Shown in pieces: positions 34,451 to 44,449 of a DNA stretch of 64,000 nt. The stretch is taken from IMG/VR virus record IMGVR_UViG_3300032770_000011, positions 1 through 64,000 of that record. One strand, written 5' to 3'. Both the position numbers and the translations under genes were made by a program. The notes under the pieces were generated by a model, which did not search any database, was not told the origin of the DNA, and worked only from the letters and a program-made list of their open reading frames with translations. How positions within the stretch are numbered: position 1 is the stretch's first letter; each line of letters starts with the position of its first letter. The stretch is from a virus.

Positions 34451-34614
34451 GTCCCGTCTGCACCCCAGTCCGCTTGAAGCAAGTTTGCCTCAAGGTAAGC
34501 GTTTTCCATATGCTCAGGCAAAAGTTCAGTATGCTTGACGCCACAACGTGAAAAGGCGTTGAGAGTCAACGTTCCGATCGGAGGATTGAAAGCGGTTGTG
34601 CCTGACGTAGCCAT
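34444..34614 (-). pseudogene. diverged 5' fragment (56 aa) of the 32955-33635 gene
   Basis: MATSGTTAFNPPIGTLTLNAFSRCGVKHTELLPEHMENAYLEAN aligns with MATSGTYSFSPDLGSMALNALARVGVRRTEITPQHMQDAYLESN. Confidence 0.8.
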
Positions 34615-34704
34615 TTATTTATACCACAAACTCCATGCCGCCCACACCATGCTCGGCGTCCACCACAGCATCAAGCAGAAGATGATCCAGTGGAGGAGAG
34701 TCAT
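34615..34704 (-). CDS. 29-aa Trp-rich membrane peptide
   Basis: ATGA overlap; MTLLHWIIFCLMLWWTPSMVWAAWSLWYK. Confidence 0.4.
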   Translation of the reverse strand: MTLLHWIIFCLMLWWTPSMVWAAWSLWYK

Positions 34705-37613
34705 GAAAGTTGCCCGTAGAGGTAACCGTGAACGCCTATGTAAAGACTTCCATAAGTGTCAGGATCGGCACCCATGCAATTCAGCCTGTCTATCATACCG
34801 GCAGGACTCGCGGTTAATTTTGTCAACGTCAGCGAAGATGAATTTATCGTATAGGTGCCGCCCCCTGCTGGCGTGAGCGTAAGGTCATCGCAGCGGAAAA
34901 TCCCGGGAACTGCATCACCATGCTTATATCCGGCAACGTACATAGCCGGAACGGTATTCCCTGGCTTCGGCTTGCCGAACGCCACCAGCCAGCACTCGTC
35001 CATCGGCGTGACGATAGCCCAAGTCTGGCCACCGTCTCCGGTACATATTAGAGGAAAGTTTGTAGCTGGATGAGTCCCGTTTGCCGTGGTGTAGTAGCCA
35101 GAGGACCGAAACAGGACATTCGTAAATCCAGGGACCTGCGCCAGCGTCGCACTGCCAACTTGTTTAATGTTGAAGTTCGCCTGCGAGCTAGTACATTGCT
35201 GCGTATAGGTCGCGCCGTTATCGACTGATTTGTAAAAGCCATGCCCAGGATTATAGAGATAGAACACGCCGGGCGTCGTATCGTCCGCCGCAACCCAATA
35301 CGCAAAGCCCTTGAATGCGCCCCACCCGTCTGTTGGCAACGCCCCGCCGCCGACGAGCGTGCAGGGTGTCCAAGTCGTTCCGCTGTCGGTCGTGTAATAT
35401 GGCGTTCCGCCCGCCGATAGTTCACCGCACACAACTGCGTTAACGCTTGCCCCAGTGCCGAAACCGACCGCTACGCAGGGCTCATTGCCACCGTTGACAA
35501 AGGTCGTTGTCGTGGCCCACGTCTGTCCGCCATCCGTCGATTTATAAACAGTGCTTGTGCCGACGCCGATCATCCAAAATGTCGGATCGGACTTTGAGTA
35601 ATCAGCACTGTAGGCAAAATTGATCGGAGCCTGCGCGCCAAACGGAGCAAAGTTCGTGGTTGGATAGGTTGTAACACTGGCAGGGCTTAATACAGTCCGA
35701 TCCTCGCAGGCCATAACGAGAGAGCCACCAGGAGCCTTCTTGATATCGGTGACGATCATCCCGTTTTGGTTGCGGGTGTATTCTGTGTAGACGGTCGGCA
35801 TCGCAACCACGATGGTATTTCGCAGGCTCACATTCTGCGCAGGCCCGTCAATCGTATAGGTGCCAGCGCCTCCTGGCGTACCGCTTAGTTGGTTCACAAT
35901 GTTGGCAGTTGTTACCGCCATAAGATCGGTCGATGAAACCTGCCACCCCGGTTGAATGTTGACTGACGAAGCGACTGCTCCGATGGTAAGAATATTTCCT
36001 GCGCTGCCGCTGCCGTTGTCGATCTTAGAGTTGGTAGTTGTCGTCGCGGCATTTTGTTTGATCGGATTCCCAGTCCACGCTCCAATGCCTTCCGTGAAGA
36101 TGACCGTGTTGGCCGACGAAGGATCAAAGCAAATGTCCCCCGCGTTCATTACCAGTTCGTCGGTGTATGTCATCCAAGGTACAGTCGAAGAAACGCGCGT
36201 CGGAAACTTTATATTTCCTCCTGTGGCAGCACTCAAAGGCGAGGTATAGAAATTAGTTCCGTAATTCTCAGATACGGCCATCGGCCCCGAGTTACTAACG
36301 AAAACAACCGTCCCTGGATTGGCATTATCGGGCGCGCAGGAATAAAAAGGCGCAGTTTGCAATAAGCCGTTTCCGGTGCCGAACTGTGTCCATGTACTCG
36401 TCGTCAAACCGCTAGTCGAAGTTGGCGTAACGTAGCGCCAAGCATTATGCCCGGTATTGTTGATGATGCCGTCATAATCACAGGCATATAGAACGCCATC
36501 ATTCGAGCATTTTAGCCGCTGTAGATTTGTCGGGCCGCTCGTTGTCGCAGTAAATGTCCCACCAGCATCAAGGCTCTCGAACACCGCCGTCGATCCGTAC
36601 TGCCAGGCGACATAAATCCCTTTCGTTACGGTCGCTGTGACAGTGCCGCCTTCAATGACATTATCGGTTACCGATTGCGTGCCTGAAGTCGGATCGAGCG
36701 CAATGCAGGGCGACCAACCAAAAGCAATCTGATCGTTGGTTGAAACGCCGGGGCTGGAAACATTTGCCCATAGTGTCACAGTGGTAGAGGTTGATGCCTT
36801 AAATTCTGTGTTGTCAGAGATGACTCCGAGAGCGGTACGATTGTCGATGTCGCAGCAATACAGATTGTATTTTGTTTTATCTATTCCAGTTACGATTGCT
36901 GGCGTCGAAGTAAAGTTTAAGACCGCAGAGCTTGAAGTTGTTCCTGCTGATGTGTTCGTAACCGTTAGCCCACTCAATGCCCCAGAAACAATAGAGTGCG
37001 TTTGACCTCCATCTAAACTTCGGTAGATAACTCCCGCATTGTCTCCCCAATAAATGACATCGGCATTGTTCGGATCGACGGCCATCTTGTAGCCGCAAAG
37101 CCGATTAGTGAAATTGCTGGGCTGGCCATTATTGTTACCTTCGGATGCCCCAATGTCCTGAATTGCCGTTCTAGTCCAACTCTGTCCTCCATCATTGCTG
37201 CGCCACAATGAGGCAGACGTATTCTTGATCTGATTTGGACCGATAAAATAAATACGTTGGGGATCGCTCGGCGCGATACGTATTTCGTAGATGTTCATCC
37301 CGATGCAGGGCTGGGTGGTGATGCCTCCAAGAACTAGATTGCTATTGTTAAGCCGCGCGCTATCGAGAACTTGTTTGAAAGAACTCGATGCGCTGTCCCA
37401 AAACCAAGCGCCGTAAGTGTCGTTGCGCAGAACTTTGGTACTGCCGTCAGATGAAACATCGACACCAGTGACATAGCCGCCGCCAACAAGAGCGCCGATG
37501 TTGAACTGTGTAATGCCGGATTGGTATTTACCGTGAAACCACGCCGCAGACGGCGTAGAGCAAATAAGTATCGCGGCAGAAGATAGCAGGAACGATCTTC
37601 GTGAAGGATACAT
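34701..37613 (-). CDS. BNR/Asp-box beta-propeller protein (GH74/sialidase-like) with Tat-type signal
   Basis: GGGYVTG, R.DTYGA, multiple S.DGG.(T/S)W boxes; N-terminal SRRSFL. Confidence 0.8.
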   Translation of the reverse strand: MYPSRRSFLLSSAAILICSTPSAAWFHGKYQSGITQFNIGALVGGGYVTGVDVSSDGSTKVLRNDTYGAWFWDSASSSFKQVLDSARLNNSNLVLGGITTQPCIGMNIYEIRIAPSDPQRIYFIGPNQIKNTSASLWRSNDGGQSWTRTAIQDIGASEGNNNGQPSNFTNRLCGYKMAVDPNNADVIYWGDNAGVIYRSLDGGQTHSIVSGALSGLTVTNTSAGTTSSSAVLNFTSTPAIVTGIDKTKYNLYCCDIDNRTALGVISDNTEFKASTSTTVTLWANVSSPGVSTNDQIAFGWSPCIALDPTSGTQSVTDNVIEGGTVTATVTKGIYVAWQYGSTAVFESLDAGGTFTATTSGPTNLQRLKCSNDGVLYACDYDGIINNTGHNAWRYVTPTSTSGLTTSTWTQFGTGNGLLQTAPFYSCAPDNANPGTVVFVSNSGPMAVSENYGTNFYTSPLSAATGGNIKFPTRVSSTVPWMTYTDELVMNAGDICFDPSSANTVIFTEGIGAWTGNPIKQNAATTTTNSKIDNGSGSAGNILTIGAVASSVNIQPGWQVSSTDLMAVTTANIVNQLSGTPGGAGTYTIDGPAQNVSLRNTIVVAMPTVYTEYTRNQNGMIVTDIKKAPGGSLVMACEDRTVLSPASVTTYPTTNFAPFGAQAPINFAYSADYSKSDPTFWMIGVGTSTVYKSTDGGQTWATTTTFVNGGNEPCVAVGFGTGASVNAVVCGELSAGGTPYYTTDSGTTWTPCTLVGGGALPTDGWGAFKGFAYWVAADDTTPGVFYLYNPGHGFYKSVDNGATYTQQCTSSQANFNIKQVGSATLAQVPGFTNVLFRSSGYYTTANGTHPATNFPLICTGDGGQTWAIVTPMDECWLVAFGKPKPGNTVPAMYVAGYKHGDAVPGIFRCDDLTLTPAGGGTYTINSSSLTLTKLTASPAGMIDRLNCMGADPDTYGSLYIGVHGYLYGQLS

Positions 37614-37616
37614 TAT

Positions 37617-38348
37617 TCATGGATTCCAAGTCGCCGCAGAACTCGTTCCCGATTGATTTCCAGTCCAACTAAATGACGGATTACTTGCTGTCATGTGTCC
37701 AGCGGCGCAAGTAGAAGTCGTTGTGTTGGAAAAATCAGATATTGCATGTGTAAATCCAGGAGCCGTTACTGCTGAGTTCGTATAAGCGCCTTGAAAACCT
37801 CCGCCGCCTGCTGGAAGGGCAATAGTCTGCGCTAATGAAGTCCCAGAAGTAACGGTCGCAGGAGTGCCAGCCGCAGGTGTGGGCGTACTCGTAATGATAC
37901 GATAAGCGACCATGCAGCTTCTGGCTGCGGAAGCGCCGAAGGTGGCAACTACGTTTCCAGAAGTCGATCCAGCTCCCAGCGCATAGTAATATATGGCGGA
38001 ATTAGTGCCGTTCGTTCCATTTTGCTGAGCGACAGAACCGGATACTAATGTCGCGGCATTGCCGTCAATGGTGACGCCCGTGATTGTATTAACAGTCGAT
38101 TGACGAGAACTAATGAATACCGCAATTATTCGATTTGCATCAGCGGCTCCAAAGCTGCAAGACGACCCGCAATTGTAAGTTACCGACGTGCCGCCTGTCG
38201 TTTCATTCTGAGCGGAGACTTCGGTTAAAGAAAAAACGACGCCGCCGGATACGACATTTTGATTATAATTCGAATCACGCGACTGCCAGAACGCCGACGC
38301 GGGCGCAGCAGCGCAGAGTAGCGCGACAATCAGCCAACGCAACCTCAT
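37617..38348 (-). CDS. exported beta-rich protein
   Basis: ATGA-coupled start MRLRWLIVALLCAAAPASA. Confidence 0.65.
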   Translation of the reverse strand: MRLRWLIVALLCAAAPASAFWQSRDSNYNQNVVSGGVVFSLTEVSAQNETTGGTSVTYNCGSSCSFGAADANRIIAVFISSRQSTVNTITGVTIDGNAATLVSGSVAQQNGTNGTNSAIYYYALGAGSTSGNVVATFGASAARSCMVAYRIITSTPTPAAGTPATVTSGTSLAQTIALPAGGGGFQGAYTNSAVTAPGFTHAISDFSNTTTSTCAAGHMTASNPSFSWTGNQSGTSSAATWNP

Positions 38349-39148
38349 TTGTAGTATCCCCACATCGCAACAGAAACGACGCCGCCGGTTCCGGGCGGGG
38401 CGCTGGTGAGAGTCCATGCCGTATTGACGGCGCTCGCGGGACGACAAGGCAGGAATATTTGTTCGGAGACACCGACGCCGCTCGCATTGGGCGCGGTCCA
38501 TTGCGTGAAGTTGAGCGTGATCGTGCCGTCGCTGAGAGTGGCGTTGCCTGTTGCGGCAGCGGTTGCGTTAGCACGTATCGAGAAGCCGCAGACATATTCC
38601 GTGACGCTGGCAACAGCGGCGAGCGTCGTGCTGATCGCCCCGGTCATTCCCGTTGCGCTGCCTTGCGATGCCGTGCAGCCAGAGCAAAGGCCCGATAGGG
38701 CAATCGGAACCGGCACGGCAGACGAGATCGGCTGGATGTTGCCACTTGAGTCCTTCGTACCCATGCCAATGGAGGAAGCAGGATAGGTCGCGCCGTTGGT
38801 GGCGACACCAGCCTGAGCGGCAGAAAGCAGGGAAGCCGAATTGTCGTCGAGGACGTGGACGGAGCGTGCTGCCGTCAATGCAGCAGCGCCACCTTGGCCT
38901 GAAGTCAGGTTGGTGATTGAGGAGTTGTAGACGCCACCAATTGGTGTATAAGCTGAAGAGCCATAAGTGAAGGCAGCTTCGTCGGTTGCTGACGTACCCC
39001 CCGACCCTGAGCACCCCGATATACAAGTGACAGGTGCTGGATTGCCCGTTGCCCAGGGGGTATTTCCTACGAGGGGGATGACCTTAGTCTGAGCAAAGGC
39101 TAGGCATGGCGCTACCAGAAGCAGCGCGGCTAGAACTATCTTGCGCAT
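38345..39148 (-). CDS. exported/virion beta-rich protein
   Basis: signal peptide MRKIVLAALLLVAPCLAFA. Confidence 0.7.
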   Translation of the reverse strand: MRKIVLAALLLVAPCLAFAQTKVIPLVGNTPWATGNPAPVTCISGCSGSGGTSATDEAAFTYGSSAYTPIGGVYNSSITNLTSGQGGAAALTAARSVHVLDDNSASLLSAAQAGVATNGATYPASSIGMGTKDSSGNIQPISSAVPVPIALSGLCSGCTASQGSATGMTGAISTTLAAVASVTEYVCGFSIRANATAAATGNATLSDGTITLNFTQWTAPNASGVGVSEQIFLPCRPASAVNTAWTLTSAPPGTGGVVSVAMWGYYK

Positions 39149-39153
39149 GGGAT

Positions 39154-39780
39154 TTATGGCCCTGCTTGTTCGTAGGTGAGAGTTGCCGACCCGGTACCGG
39201 AATTCACGGTCAACCGTAAGTAGGCAATGGGGTCGGTAAAGGACCCAGACTGACTTGTTGACTGCGAAGCAACCGTAGAGTGCGCAAATACTGTTGGATA
39301 TGCGCCTACTCCGAGTGCGTTCACATCCTGCGAGGTATACTCAATCGTGTAATTAACGGTGCCAGAGACAACCACCTGGAAATTCACATTCACAGGCTCA
39401 CGCATCAAATCGACGGACTGCCAATCCGTTGAACCCACGCCATTCGTACCTACTATCACGGCTCCGGCTTGCGCCTTGTTTACGGCGATACGGCTGACAG
39501 TCTTGAAGTCCTGCTGCGTTGCCACCGTGGACGGATTGTCAACGCCTGTAACGGTTTCCTGAATATTGTTGTTGGAGCCATTCGTACCATAGACAGTCCA
39601 CACAGTCCCATTTGCGCCTTCAGCCCCCGCAGGCGTGAAGAGTACACGCCGAGCAGTGTCAAGGGAAACAGGCGACGCTGTCAATGTCAAATTCCCAGCC
39701 GCACCTGGCGTCTGAGAATGTGCAATTGTATTAGTCGAAGCGCCAGACAGCTGCTTCGTCAAAGTGTGGACGATACCCAT
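39154..39780 (-). CDS. virion structural protein
   Basis: DFKTVS.I, VSGTVNYTIEYT, RLTVNSG. Confidence 0.7.
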   Translation of the reverse strand: MGIVHTLTKQLSGASTNTIAHSQTPGAAGNLTLTASPVSLDTARRVLFTPAGAEGANGTVWTVYGTNGSNNNIQETVTGVDNPSTVATQQDFKTVSRIAVNKAQAGAVIVGTNGVGSTDWQSVDLMREPVNVNFQVVVSGTVNYTIEYTSQDVNALGVGAYPTVFAHSTVASQSTSQSGSFTDPIAYLRLTVNSGTGSATLTYEQAGP

Positions 39781-40155
39781 TTACTTCTGCCCGATTGAAG
39801 GGAATTTCCTGTGTACAGCGGCCCGAACCCTCGCCTTCTCCTCCGAAGAGCCATGCTGGGACACACGGGCGAGTGCATTCCGAGCATGACTCTTGTCGGG
39901 AATGGGGTACGAACCTGCTCCGGCACCTTTCGGTCCGGTACCCTTACCTGGCAGTGCGAAGGAGGACTTTGGCAGGTGTTGGCGTGCCTTAGCCGTCAAC
40001 TTACCACCCCGTGCCCGCTTGTCGGCACGTGATTTGGCAGCCTCGCCTTCGCCGTGCATATGCTTCGGGTGAACTGAGCCGCCACGCTTACGCGCAGAAC
40101 CCAGTTCACCTTCTAGCTTGCAGGAACCGCCGACGTTTCTATGGCGTGCGCGCAT
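39781..40155 (-). CDS. small basic protein (DUF6582-like)
   Basis: LTAKARQHLPKSSFALP...YPIPDKSHARNALARVSQ. Confidence 0.7.
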   Translation of the reverse strand: MRARHRNVGGSCKLEGELGSARKRGGSVHPKHMHGEGEAAKSRADKRARGGKLTAKARQHLPKSSFALPGKGTGPKGAGAGSYPIPDKSHARNALARVSQHGSSEEKARVRAAVHRKFPSIGQK

Positions 40156-40167
40156 AGGAAAGACCTC

Positions 40168-40572
40168 CTAGTGCTGGCCAAGGTCTTCCTTGTCCTCGCC
40201 CTTCGTCACTTCCTTGATATTGGCGGCAGTGCTCAAAGGCATGCGGTTTGCACCAATACCTCCGCCGCGCTTACGGCCACGGGGTTCCTTGTGCATCTTG
40301 GCGTGATGTTCTACACCGCCGTCGGTATGGTGCGCTGGGTGGCCTTCCTCGTGGTGACGACCAACGCCGTGAGCGTGGTGGTGTTTCACCGAACCGCCGC
40401 GCTTCCGCTCCTTGCGGTCGTGACGGTGCTTGGCTTCCTCGCCTTCGCCATGATGATGAACGCGCCCACCCTTTTTACGCTCGTGGGCTTCCTTCATCAC
40501 ATTGGAATCGGCCGCGTTGTAGGCGACTGCCTTGCCACCGGAAGCCTTTGCCTTGTGTCGAGCTCTTGACAT
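40168..40572 (-). CDS. His/Arg/Lys-rich internal head protein candidate
   Basis: repeated RK(R/K)GG motifs. Confidence 0.7.
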   Translation of the reverse strand: MSRARHKAKASGGKAVAYNAADSNVMKEAHERKKGGRVHHHGEGEEAKHRHDRKERKRGGSVKHHHAHGVGRHHEEGHPAHHTDGGVEHHAKMHKEPRGRKRGGGIGANRMPLSTAANIKEVTKGEDKEDLGQH

Positions 40573-40657
40573 ATCTCATATCCCTTTCTAAGGGCCACCC
40601 GGATCCGTGGGCTCGGCCGTAAGTACTGCCCTGCTTACGATCAGGGTTATTTCACTA

Positions 40658-41611
40658 TCAGGTAGCCAACAGACCGATATTCGTCGTCGTTGCGCCACCA
40701 GCACTATACTGATTGACGAAGACATTACCAGTCGTGGCGATTGCCGTTGCACCAATCGCGATGCAATTGTTGAGAACGACGTTACCGCCGGGCGATCCAC
40801 CCGCATTGGTAATGGCCGCGTTCATGGCAGTGCCGAAGTTGTGCAGAGTGCACTGTTCGAGTAGCAGGTAGCGGTCCATACCGCCCGACGCGATGGTGAT
40901 CTGAGTGTCCGAAGCGTCCGACACATAAGATTGGAATACGCACCGGCGCATGATCGTGCGAGCGGCACCTGTCGTCATCTCCATAGTGGCGTTTGCATTC
41001 GTGGCGCGGATGATGGTATCGCTGCCAATTGTGCAGTCCTCGAAGAGATTCTCGTCGCTGGAGACGATCAGTGCGCGATTGCCCGCCTGAGCAGCTGCGG
41101 TAGCGTGGCCAGTGCCAATGAAGTTGCAGTTCTTGTAGTAGTTTTCACCACCACCGGCTGTCCAGCCAACCTGCGTCGCGGCCTGATTGATACCGTTGAA
41201 GCACTCCATGTTCTGGAAGTAGCAACCCGCGCCCGTGACAGTCACAAGGCTAGCCACCGCACCAGTGGTCGCGGCGGTATTGGCGATTGCGATGCGGGAG
41301 CGGGAATTCTGTGACGGCGGGGAGATACCGATCATATGGGTCTTGTTCTTGTTCCACGCCACCGAAGCCGTGACATGAATTGACCCATTGACGAAGACGC
41401 AGTCGTTATTGCCGGACGTGCACTTCGCAAGCGCCTGCGTCAGGGTGGCAAAGGGGTCCGAAGGACCGCCCGTATTGCCATCGGAACCATTGGTCTCATC
41501 GACCCAGAAGTAGTTGCCTGTCCAAGGCAGCGGAGCTCCCGACACACCCCAGATAGGCGTGCCGAATTGACCAACCAGATATGCCGGATTGTTGAAGCCA
41601 GGTGTCGTCAT
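40658..41611 (-). CDS. beta-helix (pectin-lyase-like) virion protein
   Basis: WVD..NGSDGN.G...PFATL..A; periodic NC.F/DC.I repeats. Confidence 0.7.
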   Translation of the reverse strand: MTTPGFNNPAYLVGQFGTPIWGVSGAPLPWTGNYFWVDETNGSDGNTGGPSDPFATLTQALAKCTSGNNDCVFVNGSIHVTASVAWNKNKTHMIGISPPSQNSRSRIAIANTAATTGAVASLVTVTGAGCYFQNMECFNGINQAATQVGWTAGGGENYYKNCNFIGTGHATAAAQAGNRALIVSSDENLFEDCTIGSDTIIRATNANATMEMTTGAARTIMRRCVFQSYVSDASDTQITIASGGMDRYLLLEQCTLHNFGTAMNAAITNAGGSPGGNVVLNNCIAIGATAIATTGNVFVNQYSAGGATTTNIGLLAT

Positions 41612-41666
41612 GACACGTTACCTTTCGGTTTAGACCGCGAACTTCAACCCGTCGCGCGTCTTCGGG

Positions 41667-42767
41667 TTAAGCGGTGGACTTACGATCCTTCAAGGAAATG
41701 ACGTTGTCGGGAACAGGTTCGCAGTGCAAAGTGCGCCAATGCTCGATGTAGTCGGCGGCTTTGCGCAAGAACTCTGGATTATCCTTAAAGTAGCCAAGCG
41801 CAATATTATGATTCTTACAGAGAAGACCGCGTACTTTACCATTGCTGTGATCGTGGTCTACTGAAAGAATATAAGCGCGTCCTGTTCTGTCGGGCGTAGG
41901 CATCTGCCCACAGATTGCGCAGACACCGTTCTGCTCCGCAAGTTTTGCTTTGTACAACGCAGCGCTGATTCCAAATTTCTTCAGCAACCGCTTATTCAAG
42001 TAGTAATCAGGATCGGAACTCTTCCTACGAGCGTTACGCGCCTTGATCCCTTCCCGAGTACGGTTATTGAACTCCGGCATAACCCAGTGTGTATTACCGG
42101 GGCCAAGGAGCTTTGCTGAGTCTTTAGCTGCAAGTACATAGCTTCGATCCGGTGGAAATCCTACCTCAGCAAATAGCTCAATAGGGCTACCCCAAGCATG
42201 CTTACCGCCAGTCACAAAGTTCAGCTTGCGCCAAACCCGTTTAGCATGATGGTTAGCGTCAGAAAACGCTTGCTGAAGAGGAGGGTCTTTACGGAGTTCA
42301 ATCCCTTCAGCTTTCGCCTTCTCAAGTGCGGCAGCAGCTTCTTCAACTGTCTTAAAGTGGCTACCAATAGCGCGAGAACCACCAGGCCCATAAAGGTGGG
42401 CTTGGAACCTACCATTCTTAGAGCGGGAGACGCCCTTAACGCCAGTGCTGTTTGTAACTCGTAAGCCTTGGTACTTCAGGACAGTCTCACTCTTCGACTG
42501 GGGAACAAGGTTCTCGATGTGCGTGTTCCCTGGATTACCGTCCTTGAAGGCGAGGTCCGCTGGGGGCCACTCACCGTGATGCCAGAACCAAACGAGGTGA
42601 TGTAAAGGAACGGTTTCACCGTCAACGCCAGCATAGCGGTAACGTTCTTTATTACCGCCAACAACATCACCGACCTTTACACGGGGCGATAGCCGAAGCT
42701 TGTAGCGAAGCTGCCCGGCAGTAGCGTCGTAATCGTAGAGAGTGCGGACTCGCGCAAGTGTGATCAT
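41667..42767 (-). CDS. homing endonuclease: degenerate HNH/AP2-like N-terminus plus endonuclease VII domain
   Basis: GGAGG RBS before ATG 42767; QNGVCAICG...VDHDHSNGKVRGLLC..HN.ALG. Confidence 0.8.
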   Translation of the reverse strand: MITLARVRTLYDYDATAGQLRYKLRLSPRVKVGDVVGGNKERYRYAGVDGETVPLHHLVWFWHHGEWPPADLAFKDGNPGNTHIENLVPQSKSETVLKYQGLRVTNSTGVKGVSRSKNGRFQAHLYGPGGSRAIGSHFKTVEEAAAALEKAKAEGIELRKDPPLQQAFSDANHHAKRVWRKLNFVTGGKHAWGSPIELFAEVGFPPDRSYVLAAKDSAKLLGPGNTHWVMPEFNNRTREGIKARNARRKSSDPDYYLNKRLLKKFGISAALYKAKLAEQNGVCAICGQMPTPDRTGRAYILSVDHDHSNGKVRGLLCKNHNIALGYFKDNPEFLRKAADYIEHWRTLHCEPVPDNVISLKDRKSTA

Positions 42768-42872
42768 AGAAACCTCCAACCCTAGAAAGTTAGGGTTGGG
42801 AAGTATACTATTTTCAACTGCGCGAGCCAACATGTTTGTTTTCTGCCTTGGTGCAGAGATTATCCAGACACA

Positions 42873-43799
42873 TCAAGAGGTTGGGGACGATCCCCAGAGG
42901 GCCCTCGGGTCTGAATAATTAAAACTGTACCTCTCCCACGCCTTGACCATTAGATTGTCGGTGGTGAAGTCCACCTGCATGTCCACCTCGAACGGTTCAC
43001 GCTCAAGGTAGAGCAGACCCGGCTGGTCGGTCTTGATATACCAGGCGAAGGCGTTGGTGAAGTACACGTCCTTCACGTATTCCGTCACGCCACCCGCCAC
43101 GGTCGGGATCACGTTCGGGTCGTTCATGGCGGTTCCAGGACGCAACTCAGAACGCAGGAGCCGCAGAGCGACAGGCTCGTTATTCGGGTGGATGACGAGA
43201 GTACGGCCTGTCGCCATCATACGCAGACCAGCGTTGTCGTAGAAGCCGGTCTGGATGGAGATCATGCCGTTGAGCAGTGACGACTCGTTCAGATCCACAT
43301 TCACGCTTGGTGCGTTGGCCCAAGTCGTCGGACCCGAACCGCCCGCTGGTAACGGATGCGCCGTATTCAACAGCGAGACGCCGTCACCACCGACAGTGGT
43401 GTCGAACGTGGTAGAGTTGTTGAACACCGCCGCCGCGTAGATCTCCTTGGTCTGCGCAAAGGAGCGCTGCAGACCGAGATTGGACGGGCGGAACTGCGCC
43501 TTGTAGAGATTGTCGGCGATGGTATTGCGGGTGATAGCGTAGCCCAGACCGATACCGACATGCAGCTGGTTGTAGACGAAGGCCTCACCAGCATTGTTGT
43601 CGAAGAAGGTCTGACCACCGTCCTGCTTGAGTTGCGCAAGTGGCAGGAAGCGCATGGACGCCGTGCGCTCCTGGGCCATTTCTGACTTGCCCTGATCGAA
43701 GAGCTTGGGCCAGATAGCGGGCCACTGCTTGTATTCACCAGTAACGCCACGGAGACCCGGAAGGAGAAGGTCCCTGATGGCTGCGACATTGATGGCCAT
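42873..43799 (-). CDS. major capsid protein (Mu gpT-like)
   Basis: LLPGL, YAIT...DNLY, TKE..AA..FN, GDGVSL...HP, ERYSF..SDPR. Confidence 0.85.
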   Translation of the reverse strand: MAINVAAIRDLLLPGLRGVTGEYKQWPAIWPKLFDQGKSEMAQERTASMRFLPLAQLKQDGGQTFFDNNAGEAFVYNQLHVGIGLGYAITRNTIADNLYKAQFRPSNLGLQRSFAQTKEIYAAAVFNNSTTFDTTVGGDGVSLLNTAHPLPAGGSGPTTWANAPSVNVDLNESSLLNGMISIQTGFYDNAGLRMMATGRTLVIHPNNEPVALRLLRSELRPGTAMNDPNVIPTVAGGVTEYVKDVYFTNAFAWYIKTDQPGLLYLEREPFEVDMQVDFTTDNLMVKAWERYSFNYSDPRALWGSSPTS

Positions 43800-43814
43800 G
43801 GTTCTATTCTCCTT

Positions 43815-44435
43815 TTACGAGTGAACCGTCAAGAGGTTCTTGTTGATCTGGTTGTTGAAGCCAACGATCACGTTGTTATACGCGGTCGTCACATCGGTGC
43901 CATTCGCGCCGGGCGGTGAGGTCACCAAGCCCAGGATCTTGAGCGGCAGGTATTGCGGATTCGTGGTGGAAGGCGCGTCGAGCGCCATACCTGACCAACC
44001 CGTCGTCGTATTCACCGAACCCACTACGACGTCGGCAGTGGTGCCAACCATCGCCTGGGTTGTTGGGCCTGCACTCGTCTGGATGACGAACTGCGCAGAG
44101 GGGTCGGAATTCACGAAGGCGTCAACGTCGCCTGTGGCGTCCGAACCGGGCCAGTAGTTGTTCCACACAGTCTTCTTCTGACTGGTGGAGTAGTACTTGC
44201 AGCCGACGAACACACCCGCTACCTGGTAGGTGGCAGAGCCGTCACCGGCGATCCACTGATTCAGGTAGCCTGTTGGCGTTGCCCCCGAAACAAGAGTAAC
44301 GAGGTCGCCGTAACCGATTGCCGTTGCGTAGTTGGAGGCAATACGGAATGGCGGGTTGTGAAACTCAGCAAAATTGACCGGCCCTGAGCTCGTTCCCGAG
44401 ACGACCAGTCCGAAAGGTCCAGCTACGTTAGCCAC
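43815..44435 (-). CDS. capsid decoration / minor head protein
   Basis: MAN..PFGL, GVFVGC.Y, DP...F.IQ; directly before the MCP. Confidence 0.7.
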   Translation of the reverse strand: MANVAGPFGLVVSGTSSGPVNFAEFHNPPFRIASNYATAIGYGDLVTLVSGATPTGYLNQWIAGDGSATYQVAGVFVGCKYYSTSQKKTVWNNYWPGSDATGDVDAFVNSDPSAQFVIQTSAGPTTQAMVGTTADVVVGSVNTTTGWSGMALDAPSTTNPQYLPLKILGLVTSPPGANGTDVTTAYNNVIVGFNNQINKNLLTVHS

Positions 44436-44449
44436 GGTATGGCCTCGCT

